In this document: piece by piece, positions 17,602-27,068 of the stretch
How the letters are laid out: each line of letters begins with the position of its first letter
Numbering within the stretch: position 1 is the stretch's first letter
Virus record (IMG/VR): IMGVR_UViG_3300028585_000035
Coordinates: 1-44,570 of that record
Reading direction: 5' to 3' (one strand)
DNA: 44,570 bases
Source of the DNA: a virus
Lineage: Duplodnaviria; Caudoviricetes
Made by a program: the position numbers and the translations under genes
The notes under the pieces: model-generated
Seen by the model: only the letters and a program-made list of their open reading frames with translations
Told to the model about the DNA's origin: nothing
Databases searched by the model: none

Positions 17602-18423
17602 ATGACCTCGCACCACACTTCATACCTCGACGCGGTGAATGCTCTACAGGAAGCAGCCGCCGCTTATTCCCGTAGTGTCACTAAGCAGCTCGACCGCATT
17701 GTCGTCCAAGCCGTCACCGAGTTTAAGGGGCGACCAGTAACGCTGGAAGAATTCCTCAAGCGTGCGACGAAGGATACTTTCGCCAATGGTGCCTACGTCC
17801 TCTACTGGGACAGCACTCCTATCCTGCGTGTGCAGGTCGACTTGCCCGAGCCGGACCTCACGGCGAATGTTCTCCACGCACCACGCATTACAGTCACTCG
17901 CTTCGCTGACTTTCAAAAGCAGCAGCAGGCCGAGATTGCCCACGTGGCGGCCAATTTTGACTACAGCATTTTCGCTGGCGCCAAGGGACGCTTAAGTGGC
18001 ACGGACTCTGGGCCTGCTACTCAACTGGTCGACGTTCAGTGTGAGGACCTCAACGACATCATGGCTTGGACGGTTCGCCGCGCGCTGGACGAGCCTGGAC
18101 TGGTGGTCTTCGTTGCACCCGCCTACCACCATGTTCGAAACATCATGGCTGAGATGGCTGACCTATTCCACCTTTTAGGCATACGGGTTCGTGCGTCCAC
18201 GATGGAGAACCGCATCACATTGGAGACCCATGGCGGCTCCATTAAGTTCTACACCTTCGCCGACGAGCACCGCCTCTATGGGCCTGAATTCAGCGATGCT
18301 GCCATCTACGGTCGCACCCTTGCGCCGGCGCAAGCCTCGGATTGGGTGGCGCCTCGAATGATGACACGCTTGCGCCGGCGCAAGGCCAACGGCGAGCCGA
18401 ATATGGTCGCCTACGCTCACTGA
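17602..18423 (+). CDS. Degenerate paralog of the terminase ATPase domain fused to an unknown N-terminal domain
   Basis: C-terminal about 170 aa align colinearly by eye with TerL residues 5-155; Walker A and Walker B are both disrupted. Confidence 0.7.
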   Translation: MTSHHTSYLDAVNALQEAAAAYSRSVTKQLDRIVVQAVTEFKGRPVTLEEFLKRATKDTFANGAYVLYWDSTPILRVQVDLPEPDLTANVLHAPRITVTRFADFQKQQQAEIAHVAANFDYSIFAGAKGRLSGTDSGPATQLVDVQCEDLNDIMAWTVRRALDEPGLVVFVAPAYHHVRNIMAEMADLFHLLGIRVRASTMENRITLETHGGSIKFYTFADEHRLYGPEFSDAAIYGRTLAPAQASDWVAPRMMTRLRRRKANGEPNMVAYAH

Positions 18424-18438
18424 GTGCGCCGCGCGGAG

Positions 18439-19554
18439 TTAAGAATTTTCCGCGCGGTGTTTCGCCAAGAGCTTCAGAAAATGCTTTTCCATTGCTTCAG
18501 CTTCGGCGACTTTGGCAGCGTGCTCTGCTTTCGTGGCTGGGCGCCGCCCGTACGCATCCTGGAACATGAAACTGCCATCGTTCATTTTGACGAAAATCTC
18601 CCCGCCGCTCTTGAAAGTTCCCATCCGCGGTGGCAGCAGAAAGCGCCCAAGTTTCGGCCACATTCGAGTCTTGATGTGCTTCTCTGGATACAGCCCTTCC
18701 AGCGTACCGGCAGCGATGTACTTGTCTGCACGTTGCTTGATGATGTAGTTGACCTCAGCAACCTGCTCATCAGTCAGTTCTCGGCCGCGAATCGTCTTGT
18801 CGTGCCTAACGAGGGAGTTATCAAAATAGCGGGCATTGGTCCGTGGCTTGCGCGCAGCAGCTGGGACCACCCCTTTTACCCCTTCTAAATGGGTCAGGAT
18901 GAACAAATTGTCTTTGTCGAACGGGAAAATCGTCTGCGTGCCAACCCATTCGAGCTGGGGGTCCTTCGTAGTCTGTCCGGAGCTGCCGACAGGGAAAATG
19001 TGCGGGTTAAAAAAAGTGACGGGGTGGTCGGAAAAGATGAACTTATGCTTGGCGTTCTTAGCGGAGACAATCTCCAACACCCCTTCCATCCACATAAGGC
19101 AGTGCATTTTGCGCAGCTCTTGCATAAAAAACATGAGCTGCATCTGGCTCTTCGTTTTACCGATTTCTTCCAGCCAGCGTAATCCTTTCGGAGTACGAAG
19201 GCGCAGCGCGTCAATGAACTCGAAAACGTTCAAAAACAGGTCGTGAATTTTGTCGTGGTTCTCGGCCAGAAGGGCACCGACTGCTTCGGCGCCCTTGGTG
19301 TCGATTTCGCCGAATAAGTAGCGTTCAATCTCGTCGTTCGACTGCCCAAAAGCTTCGACTGTGTACAGGTGCTTCTCATAGAAAACGGCACCCGGTCCTC
19401 GCTTTTGGACGTCTTTCGCGACCGAGTAGCCCCCGGCCGGGAGCGGGAAACGCTTCGGGTGCTTATCGAGGACGTAAAGCTGCGTCTCCCCTTCTTCGAG
19501 AAATCCTTTCTGGTACCACTGGGGCACGTAGTGATGCTTATGGCTGGTCGACAT
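18439..19554 (-). CDS. DUF4238-domain protein, candidate anti-phage defence
   Basis: N-terminal HKHHYVPQWYQKGF, FYEKHLY, LRTP and FIFSDHPV motifs; antisense to the late operon. Confidence 0.8.
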   Translation of the reverse strand: MSTSHKHHYVPQWYQKGFLEEGETQLYVLDKHPKRFPLPAGGYSVAKDVQKRGPGAVFYEKHLYTVEAFGQSNDEIERYLFGEIDTKGAEAVGALLAENHDKIHDLFLNVFEFIDALRLRTPKGLRWLEEIGKTKSQMQLMFFMQELRKMHCLMWMEGVLEIVSAKNAKHKFIFSDHPVTFFNPHIFPVGSSGQTTKDPQLEWVGTQTIFPFDKDNLFILTHLEGVKGVVPAAARKPRTNARYFDNSLVRHDKTIRGRELTDEQVAEVNYIIKQRADKYIAAGTLEGLYPEKHIKTRMWPKLGRFLLPPRMGTFKSGGEIFVKMNDGSFMFQDAYGRRPATKAEHAAKVAEAEAMEKHFLKLLAKHRAENS

Positions 19555-19637
19555 AGCGAGTCTGGTTGCGAACGATACGTAACTATAGCTCAGTAAACGC
19601 TGCGGAAACACGGTGAGGGAGTTCGCTATACAGGTCG

Positions 19638-20930
19638 ATGAATATCGACCTAAACCTCACCCAACCCCAGCGGGACTTCGTACTCTCCACCGCCAAATAC
19701 CCCGCCTTCGTTGGCGGGTTTGGTGCTGGCAAGTCGGAATCGCTGGTGAACCGGCTGCTGCTCCAGGCGCTCCAGAACCCTCAGGGTCAGGTCGGTTATT
19801 TCGCTCCGACGTTCGACCTGATTCGACTGATTGCCTGGCCGCGCTTCCTGGCCAAGTGCGACGAGTGGGGCTTGCGCGCGACCCTTAACAAAACTGAAAA
19901 CATCCTGACGCTCAAACGCGGCGGCCGCATCGTGTTCCGCACGCTCGACACCCCAGAGCGCATCGTTGGTTTCGAAATCTGCCACGCCGGTATCGACGAG
20001 CTGGACACCCTCAAAGAGGAGCACGCCCTAGCCGCCTGGCGGGCCGTTAACGCGCGTGTGCGTATGAAAACCCGCGACGGCTCCCCGAACACCGTGTCGG
20101 TCGGCACGACGCCTGAGGGCTTCAAACTCGTCTACAAGCTTTGGGAGCAAAACCCGAAGGCCGGCTTCCAGCTGTACCGCGCGCCTACGAGCTCGAACCC
20201 ATTCCTACCTGCAGACTACGTCGCACAGCTGATGACGCAGTACCCGCCGCACCTGCTCCAGGCATACCTGGAGGGCTTGTTCGTCAACCTCGCATCGGGC
20301 TCGGTCTACCCAGCTTTCTCTCGCGTCTTGAACTACACCGACGCCACCGTTACCACGGTCCAGAATCACCACGGCATGCTCCTTGGCCAGCCCGAGGCTC
20401 TGCACATTGGCATGGACTTCAACAAAGGAAACGGCGCCGCGGCCATCGCAGTCATCCGCGACGGCCTGCCTCTTATCGTGGGTGAAGAGTGCAAAACCCG
20501 CGACACCCCCGAGATGATTGAACGGCTGCAGACGCGCTTCCCTGGCCACCACATCACCGTCTACCCAGACGCATCGGGTAGGCACGGCAACAGCACGAAT
20601 GCGTCGGAATCGGACTTGAGCCTGTTGCGGGCCGCAGGCTTTACGGTCTGCACTAGGAACGCCAACCCGCGCGTAGTGGACCGCGTGACGTCTTTAAACG
20701 CAATGATTTTGAATGCCGAGGGCCAGCGCCGTCTTCTCGTAAACACGGCCGCCTGTCCCGAAATCACGCTGTGCCTGGAGCAACAGGTCTACGACAAGGC
20801 CGGCGCCCCCGACAAGTCCGGCGGCAAGGACCACATGAACGACGCCGTGGGCTACCTCATCCACTTCCTATGGCCTGTGGTCAAGCCTGTCGCTACACGT
20901 GAGACACAAATCATTCACGTCGGACGCTAA
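19638..20930 (+). CDS. terL: Terminase large subunit
   Basis: GGFGAGKS Walker A, AGIDE Walker B, TTPEG coupling motif, nuclease IGMDFN...YPDASG...DHMNDA. Confidence 0.95.
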   Translation: MNIDLNLTQPQRDFVLSTAKYPAFVGGFGAGKSESLVNRLLLQALQNPQGQVGYFAPTFDLIRLIAWPRFLAKCDEWGLRATLNKTENILTLKRGGRIVFRTLDTPERIVGFEICHAGIDELDTLKEEHALAAWRAVNARVRMKTRDGSPNTVSVGTTPEGFKLVYKLWEQNPKAGFQLYRAPTSSNPFLPADYVAQLMTQYPPHLLQAYLEGLFVNLASGSVYPAFSRVLNYTDATVTTVQNHHGMLLGQPEALHIGMDFNKGNGAAAIAVIRDGLPLIVGEECKTRDTPEMIERLQTRFPGHHITVYPDASGRHGNSTNASESDLSLLRAAGFTVCTRNANPRVVDRVTSLNAMILNAEGQRRLLVNTAACPEITLCLEQQVYDKAGAPDKSGGKDHMNDAVGYLIHFLWPVVKPVATRETQIIHVGR

Positions 20931-22411
20931 TGTTCAAAACACTCATGGCCACCTGGCCGCAAGACAAAGACCTGCCGCAGCGCGCTTACACGCTCGAGAT
21001 GCGCAACCGCGTCCTGGACGACACGCTTTACGACAAGCTGCCACACGCTTTCTACGAAGAGCGCAACGGCGCGGGGGAATACATCCCTCTGCGCGAGCGC
21101 CGCCCGTCGGCACGCATGAATCTGTGCCGCTCGGTGGTTGAAGACAGCGTTAGCCTCCTGTTCAGCGAAGCCCACTTCCCGGCGTTCCAACATGCTGACG
21201 CAAATACGCGAGCAAAGCTCGCATTGCTAGCAAAAGAACTGTCGCTCAACGAAGTCTATCTGGAAGCCGGCCTCAAAGGCGCTGTCGGTAGTGTCGCAAT
21301 CTTCGTGCGCGTACTTCAAAACCGAGTTTTCGTCGAGGCGCGAAGCACCACGTACTTGACCCCGACCTGGGACCCGAAAGCCCCAGATACGCTGCTGCGC
21401 GTAACGGAGCAATACAAAGTGAAGGGCGCTCAGCTCAAGGATGCCGAATTCACCGGAACGTTTGAGGACAACGCCGACTACTGGCTGCGCACCGTCTGGG
21501 ACAAGAATGCCGAGACAACGTACCAGCCTGTCGAAGTCGGCACCGAAAATCCAACCTGGACGCCAGACCCCGACCGGACCGTTGAACATAAGCTGGGCTT
21601 CGTGCCCGTCGATTGGGTGAAGAACCTGCCAGGGGGAGACAGCATCGACGGTCAGCCTACTTTCCGCTCTGACGCTATCGACATGCAAATCGAGATGGAC
21701 TATCTGCTTTCGCAGAATGGCCGCGCACTCAAGTACAGCATGGACCCGACCTTAGTTATCAAAGAGGCGCCCATGGGCCAGTCGAAAGATACAAGTGGAC
21801 GTCCTGCCCCTCTGGGAGGTGCAGGCCAGGCCATCGTAGTCGACCAAGAAGGCGACGCTAAGCTGCTGGAAGCGAACGGTAGCTCGAGCCAGGCGGTCAT
21901 CGAACACCTTCGCATGCTGCGCGAGCTGGCCCTGGAGAGCCTGAAAGGCAATCGCGCCAGCGCGGAGAAGTTGGCAACGGCGCAGTCGGGCAAGGCCTTG
22001 GAACTGCTGAACCAGACTTTAGTCTGGCTGGCTGACCGCCTTCGCATCGGTTATGGCGAGAAGAGCCTGCGTCGGGTCCTGCAGATGGTCATCACCATGT
22101 CGCAGAAAGTCCCCGGCGGGCTGAAGTTCCAAGATGAGACGGAGGTCGGCACGCTCGCGGCGGGTCCGGTGACACTCGTGTGGCCAGCATGGTACGCCCC
22201 GACGCCGACTGAATCGCAGCAGCGCATGGAGACTGTCGCGCGCGGTGTCGAAGCCGGAATCATTTCCTGGGAAACCGCCATCCGAGTAATCGCTAGCGAG
22301 TACGACATCGAAGACCTCGACGCCGAACGATTTCTTGTCGAAGCCGCGCGTATCCAGCGCGAGAAAACGGCGGCGGCGACCAAGGCTCCGGCCAAGAAGG
22401 AGGACGCGTAA
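20930..22411 (+). CDS. Portal protein
   Basis: Coupled to terL, 493 aa, HKLGFVPV and SGKALELL motifs of SPP1-gp6-like portals. Confidence 0.88.
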   Translation: MFKTLMATWPQDKDLPQRAYTLEMRNRVLDDTLYDKLPHAFYEERNGAGEYIPLRERRPSARMNLCRSVVEDSVSLLFSEAHFPAFQHADANTRAKLALLAKELSLNEVYLEAGLKGAVGSVAIFVRVLQNRVFVEARSTTYLTPTWDPKAPDTLLRVTEQYKVKGAQLKDAEFTGTFEDNADYWLRTVWDKNAETTYQPVEVGTENPTWTPDPDRTVEHKLGFVPVDWVKNLPGGDSIDGQPTFRSDAIDMQIEMDYLLSQNGRALKYSMDPTLVIKEAPMGQSKDTSGRPAPLGGAGQAIVVDQEGDAKLLEANGSSSQAVIEHLRMLRELALESLKGNRASAEKLATAQSGKALELLNQTLVWLADRLRIGYGEKSLRRVLQMVITMSQKVPGGLKFQDETEVGTLAAGPVTLVWPAWYAPTPTESQQRMETVARGVEAGIISWETAIRVIASEYDIEDLDAERFLVEAARIQREKTAAATKAPAKKEDA

Positions 22412-22821
22412 TGGTCCCCAACTACCAGCTCATTCCTTACTGCGACCATGCCAAAGCGATTTACGGCGACTGCATGCGCACCTGTGTAGCGTCGCTCCTT
22501 AACCTCGAGCCGGAAGACGTGCCCCACTTCCTGCACGATAACAGCGACGAGTGGCTGCCGCGGCTAAATGCGTGGCTGGCCCCTCGCAAGCTCGCCTACC
22601 TAGTGTTCGGCGTCGGCGAAGCATCGGTGTGGGTCGACATCATGAAGCGCGCAGGCCAGGACCTGTTCCACCTCATCACTATTGAATCGGCCACGTCGGG
22701 GGTCCTCCACCAAATCATCGGCCGCAATGGCAAGCCGTACTGGTGCCCGATTCTTGGCAACGTCCAAGGCCGCGACTATGAAATGCTGGAGTTCGGATTC
22801 CTGGTCATCACGTCGTTGTAA
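22411..22821 (+). CDS. Papain/C39-like cysteine-protease-fold protein
   Basis: YQ...GDCMRTCVASLL helix and a later LHQIIGRNGKPYWCP strand; sits between portal and scaffold. Confidence 0.5.
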   Translation: MVPNYQLIPYCDHAKAIYGDCMRTCVASLLNLEPEDVPHFLHDNSDEWLPRLNAWLAPRKLAYLVFGVGEASVWVDIMKRAGQDLFHLITIESATSGVLHQIIGRNGKPYWCPILGNVQGRDYEMLEFGFLVITSL

Positions 22822-22882
22822 GCGGGTTGCTATACGTGTTCACTACCCCGGGCAGATGCCCAGAAAACAAACGGAGAGCCTG

Positions 22883-23464
22883 ATGCTCGCAATGAAGAAA
22901 AACACCATGTTCTCGGCTTTGGCTGCTATCGCCCACAAGCCATTTGGCGACGAAGCCCCGCCTGCGGCCGGTGCTCCGGCTCCCGCAGCACAAGAGCCAA
23001 AATCGTTCTCGGCCGAATACGTGCGAGAGCTGCGCGAAGAGGCAAAGTCGTATCGCCTACGCGTGCAGGAAGCCGAAGCTGCCAAGAAGGCTGCCGAGGA
23101 TGCTGTAACCGCTGCAAAAACTGATGCTGACACCCGCATCACTGCTGCCGAAAAGGCCGCCCAGGACCGCCTGCTGCGTGCCGAACTCAAAGCTGCTGCG
23201 GTTAAAGCCGGCATTACCGACCTGGACGGACTGAAGCTGGCCGACACGTCGAAGCTGAAGCTAAACGATGCCGGCGAAATCGACGGACTGGACGAGTTTA
23301 TGACCTCCTTCAAAGAGGCGAAGCCGTACCTGTTCTCTGGCACCGGTGGCAACACCAGTGCTCCGGGCCAAAAGCCCGCTCCGAAAGGCACCGAGCCGCT
23401 CGATGCGACGAAGATGTCCACGGAAGAGTACGCAAAGGCGAAAGCCAAGCTGCTCGGCCGCTAA
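22883..23464 (+). CDS. Head scaffolding protein
   Basis: YVRELREEAKSYR coiled coil, KEAKPYLF motif; between portal and capsid. Confidence 0.85.
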   Translation: MLAMKKNTMFSALAAIAHKPFGDEAPPAAGAPAPAAQEPKSFSAEYVRELREEAKSYRLRVQEAEAAKKAAEDAVTAAKTDADTRITAAEKAAQDRLLRAELKAAAVKAGITDLDGLKLADTSKLKLNDAGEIDGLDEFMTSFKEAKPYLFSGTGGNTSAPGQKPAPKGTEPLDATKMSTEEYAKAKAKLLGR

Positions 23465-23556
23465 CACCTTGAACGCCGGTGCCTATACGTACCGGTAACT
23501 AGCTATCGGGGCAAGACGCCCAGGGCTGAAAACATAACTTCAACCTGGAGGCTTCA

Positions 23557-24918
23557 ATGGCCCAAGTAATTTTCGCGATGCTCGCCATCGCACAAAAACC
23601 GTTCGGTATTTCGGACTTCCCTGCTGAACTGCAACCGGCTGTCCAAGAAAAGTTCCTCGATGTGGAGGTTCAGCACGGCCTGCAGTCGGTCAATGTGTTT
23701 CGTCGGGTCGCAGACCGCGAAATCGTGTCGACCAAACGCGGCGAGACAGTCACCAAGACCCGCACCGGTCTGAAGGCGCCAAAAGAGACGCCAAGCGACC
23801 CGAAGCAGAACACTGGTCTGGATAACGGCATGACTCCGTCCAGTGCAAAACTGGAACAGTACACCCTGTCCATCAATCAGTACGACGACACCCAGGACGT
23901 GAACATCGTGACGTCCGGCGTTGGAATCGTGGACGCCTTCCTGGAAGCCGGCCGCGTCAATGGCGTTCAGGCGGCCCAGTCGGTCGACCGTCTTGCTCGC
24001 AACGCGCTCTACGGCGCCTACCTCGGTGGCAATACCCGCGTGACTACCACGCTAGGCGCTCCTGGCACCTCGGTGGCAGTCGACGACATTCGCGGCTTTA
24101 CCTGGGCCATTCACAACGGCATGCAGCTTCCTGTGAGCCCAGCCAACGGCCTGGCAGCCCTCATCGGTGGCGAGGTTTACACGGTTATCAGCGCTGTTGC
24201 TGATGTCGTGAACGTCTCGACTGCACCAAAAGGCGTGTCGGGTACGTTGCTGTTGTCCACAAACTGCACGGTCCTGAATGGCACCGCAGGTCAACCCGTC
24301 GTTTCAGCTATTGCTCCGGCAATCAAGCGTGCCGGCGAACGCGCCACGACCGCGGAAATCCTGCCAACTGACCGCCTAACCCTCGCTGTGGTCCAGGAAG
24401 CTGTCGCCGACCTGCGTTCCAACAACGTGCCACATGTGAACGGCATGGGTGCATACGTAGCGTACGCTTCGCCTCGCCAACTGCTTGGCCTGTACCGCGA
24501 CCCTGAATTCCAGCTGCTGTACCGCGGCCAGTTTGGAGCAGATGCCATCACCTCGGGCAATGTGACCAAGATGCTGGGCGTGGCCTTCGTCGAAACGACC
24601 GAGGCGCCTCAGCAAACGCTGAATGGGGTGAAGATTCACCGCATGGTCGTCTGCGGCCAGGGTGCCATCATCGAAGGCGACTACGAGGCAACCGGCAAGC
24701 GCGAACTGGCATCGGAAGACGCTGGCTTGGTAACGGTAAAAGACGGCATCTGCCACGTCACTCGCGAGCCGCTCGACCGCCTGAAACAAATCGTTTCGCT
24801 GAGCTGGTACTTCATCGGTGGCTTCGCAGTTCCGACCGACGTAACGTCGGACAGCACCATCATCCCGACTGCCACGTCGAGCGCCTACAAGCGCGCAGTG
24901 GTCATCGAGTCGGCTTAA
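23557..24918 (+). CDS. Major capsid protein
   Basis: 453 aa, after the scaffold, GGAGG SD, strong terminator after; DRLARNAL and REPLDRLKQ..SWY motifs. Confidence 0.85.
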   Translation: MAQVIFAMLAIAQKPFGISDFPAELQPAVQEKFLDVEVQHGLQSVNVFRRVADREIVSTKRGETVTKTRTGLKAPKETPSDPKQNTGLDNGMTPSSAKLEQYTLSINQYDDTQDVNIVTSGVGIVDAFLEAGRVNGVQAAQSVDRLARNALYGAYLGGNTRVTTTLGAPGTSVAVDDIRGFTWAIHNGMQLPVSPANGLAALIGGEVYTVISAVADVVNVSTAPKGVSGTLLLSTNCTVLNGTAGQPVVSAIAPAIKRAGERATTAEILPTDRLTLAVVQEAVADLRSNNVPHVNGMGAYVAYASPRQLLGLYRDPEFQLLYRGQFGADAITSGNVTKMLGVAFVETTEAPQQTLNGVKIHRMVVCGQGAIIEGDYEATGKRELASEDAGLVTVKDGICHVTREPLDRLKQIVSLSWYFIGGFAVPTDVTSDSTIIPTATSSAYKRAVVIESA

Positions 24919-24934
24919 ACCCCGACCGAGCACG

Positions 24935-24957
24935 AGGCCCCGCAAGGGGCCTTTTTT
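24935..24957 (+). terminator. Intrinsic terminator after the capsid gene
   Basis: AGGCCCC-GCAA-GGGGCCT-TTTTT. Confidence 0.85.
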
Positions 24958-25012
24958 CATTGGTGGGCCCAGTCGCTATACGCCACATCGACTACCTAGC
25001 TCCGAGCCCGCA

Positions 25013-25234
25013 ATGACAAAGAAAACCACCAAAGCCCTCCCGACCGCTGACACCGCCCCCACCCTTGCGCCGGCGCAAGACGTTGCGCTACCGGCCCGTA
25101 TTGAGCTCGTCCGACCGCACTCGTTTATCGACGACGCAGGCCTGCACCGCATGTGGAATCAGGGCCAGGCCGTGACCGACCCTGCGGAAATCGCTCTGCT
25201 TGTTGAGCGCAAAGCCTGCATCAAGGAGTTCTAA
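25013..25234 (+). CDS. Small head-associated hypothetical protein
   Basis: Coupled to the next gene; position after capsid. Confidence 0.65.
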   Translation: MTKKTTKALPTADTAPTLAPAQDVALPARIELVRPHSFIDDAGLHRMWNQGQAVTDPAEIALLVERKACIKEF

Positions 25235-25611
25235 TGGCCTATACCGAATCCCAGCGCGTCGCCATTCGGCGGTACTGCGGCTACCCCTCCTTTGGCGGTT
25301 CCGCTGTGCCAGCGCACGGCTATCGCTTCTTCCAGCATTACGGCGCGCTCGAGTTCCGGATGACAAACGGCAGTCCTGAGGAAGAAGCCGAGGTCCTGGT
25401 CATGCTAGCGCGCCTAACTATGCTCGAAGCAGCCGTTCCGACCGCAAGCGACAACCTGGACACCTCCTCCGCCGGCCCATGGGTGCACAACCCTCATGAA
25501 CTGCGCGACCGCCTGCGCCTGTACACATTCCATCGCGAAGAGCTGTGCGCCTTCTTCGGCGTACCTGCCGGCCCGCGCATGCCCACCGCTGGCGTGTTCT
25601 GGAGCCTGTAA
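25234..25611 (+). CDS. Putative head-tail adaptor
   Basis: Size, position and translational coupling. Confidence 0.6.
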   Translation: MAYTESQRVAIRRYCGYPSFGGSAVPAHGYRFFQHYGALEFRMTNGSPEEEAEVLVMLARLTMLEAAVPTASDNLDTSSAGPWVHNPHELRDRLRLYTFHREELCAFFGVPAGPRMPTAGVFWSL

Positions 25612-26255
25612 TGGACGCAGCCGGTATTCAAGCCAAGATTTATGCGGGCTACGGCAAGGCGGCTGCCCGCCTTGGCTATTCCTGCCGCGTCTATCGCGCT
25701 TCCAACCCGTTCGAGCCCCTTTCTGACGGCAACCAGGTCGCTTCGCTGCCGGCGTCATTTAACGCCCGGGACATGCGCTACCAAAAGCCAAACACGTACG
25801 ACGACCCGACCTGGTATTGCGTCGCTGATGGCCGTCAGCTGCGAGTCGGCGACTATCTCGTCAACGACCAGGACGGCACCTTCTTCGTGGCGGCGATGCA
25901 AACCCAGCTGCCCATCGTGGTAGTGCAGACCAACGCCGTGGTGTCGATACTGCGCCTGCCCGAGAGCACCGCTGTGGGCGCCATCGGCTATAGCGGTGGC
26001 ACTGCCGCTGAAGAGGCGCCTCTCATGTCGGGCTGGCCTGCAAGCGTTCTCATTGGCGGCCGTGGCGAGAAGAACCCGGTCGGCCTCCCAGCTGATACCC
26101 GCGCGGGTCACTGGTCAATCCTGCTGCCGCACGCCGGCGTAATGCTGCGAACTTCCGACATCGTGCTCGACGAGCATGGTCGCCGCTACGCGCTGCAGTC
26201 CTGTGAACTTACCGATGCAGGCTGGCGCTTGACCGCCCGCCAGGAGCTTGCCTAA
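25611..26255 (+). CDS. Putative head-closure/neck protein
   Basis: TAATG coupling at 25609-25613; beta-rich; position. Confidence 0.6.
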   Translation: MDAAGIQAKIYAGYGKAAARLGYSCRVYRASNPFEPLSDGNQVASLPASFNARDMRYQKPNTYDDPTWYCVADGRQLRVGDYLVNDQDGTFFVAAMQTQLPIVVVQTNAVVSILRLPESTAVGAIGYSGGTAAEEAPLMSGWPASVLIGGRGEKNPVGLPADTRAGHWSILLPHAGVMLRTSDIVLDEHGRRYALQSCELTDAGWRLTARQELA

Positions 26256-27058
26256 TGGCTGATATTTCCGACGTCCAGGCGGCCTTCGCCTCCCGTATTG
26301 CGGCTGCCCTCTACCCGAACGGCATCGCTCATCCTTCAATCGTGGGCGCGCCAGTGGTCGTCTATCCAGGCTGGCCCCAGCCGGCGCAGTTGGACAAAGA
26401 CATTGCTGCCAAAAAGGTGAACGTCTCCATCTGGGCACGCGGCGACGGTTCGAATACGACTCGATTCCCGTCCCGCACTTGGCAGGAAGCCTCAGCACCG
26501 GTGGCGACGCTAACTTTGCAAACGACGGAGTCCACAGTGACCTTGGGCGGCACCGTATCCGCTCCGCAGGTGGTTGCGGTGAATGGCCAGGCGTACGCAG
26601 TGACTGCAACCGACACGCTCGAAAGCATCATGTCTGCACTGGCAGACATGATGCCTGGCTCGTCGAGCGCTGGCGCGGTGCTGACCTGTCCCGAAGGCGT
26701 CAGGCACGCTGCTATAGCGGCCGATGGGACCGTGGCTCGCATTGTTCGAACCCAAACGGACACCATTCAACTAATCGTCTGGGCGCCAACTCCCGACTTG
26801 CGGTCAAAAGTCGCTTCTGCAATCGACAGCGCGCTGGCGGAGGAGGGGTCTCTCCTCATGCCCGACCACTCCTGCGCTCGGGTCATGTACCAAAGTACGC
26901 GCAGCACTGATGAGAGTGCGAACGCCCTCATTTATCGCCGCGACATCCTCTTTCGCGTCGAGTACGACACGACTGTGAGCGCGGTTGCTACACAGATTGC
27001 GACTCCAGTTTTAGCCGTCGCCCCCATTTCTGCGGTCGATACGACCGTCAACATTTAG
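26255..27058 (+). CDS. Putative tail terminator/neck protein
   Basis: Position before the sheath; coupling; VYPGWP and YRRDILFRVEY. Confidence 0.55.
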   Translation: MADISDVQAAFASRIAAALYPNGIAHPSIVGAPVVVYPGWPQPAQLDKDIAAKKVNVSIWARGDGSNTTRFPSRTWQEASAPVATLTLQTTESTVTLGGTVSAPQVVAVNGQAYAVTATDTLESIMSALADMMPGSSSAGAVLTCPEGVRHAAIAADGTVARIVRTQTDTIQLIVWAPTPDLRSKVASAIDSALAEEGSLLMPDHSCARVMYQSTRSTDESANALIYRRDILFRVEYDTTVSAVATQIATPVLAVAPISAVDTTVNI

Positions 27059-27068
27059 AGAGACCCCG

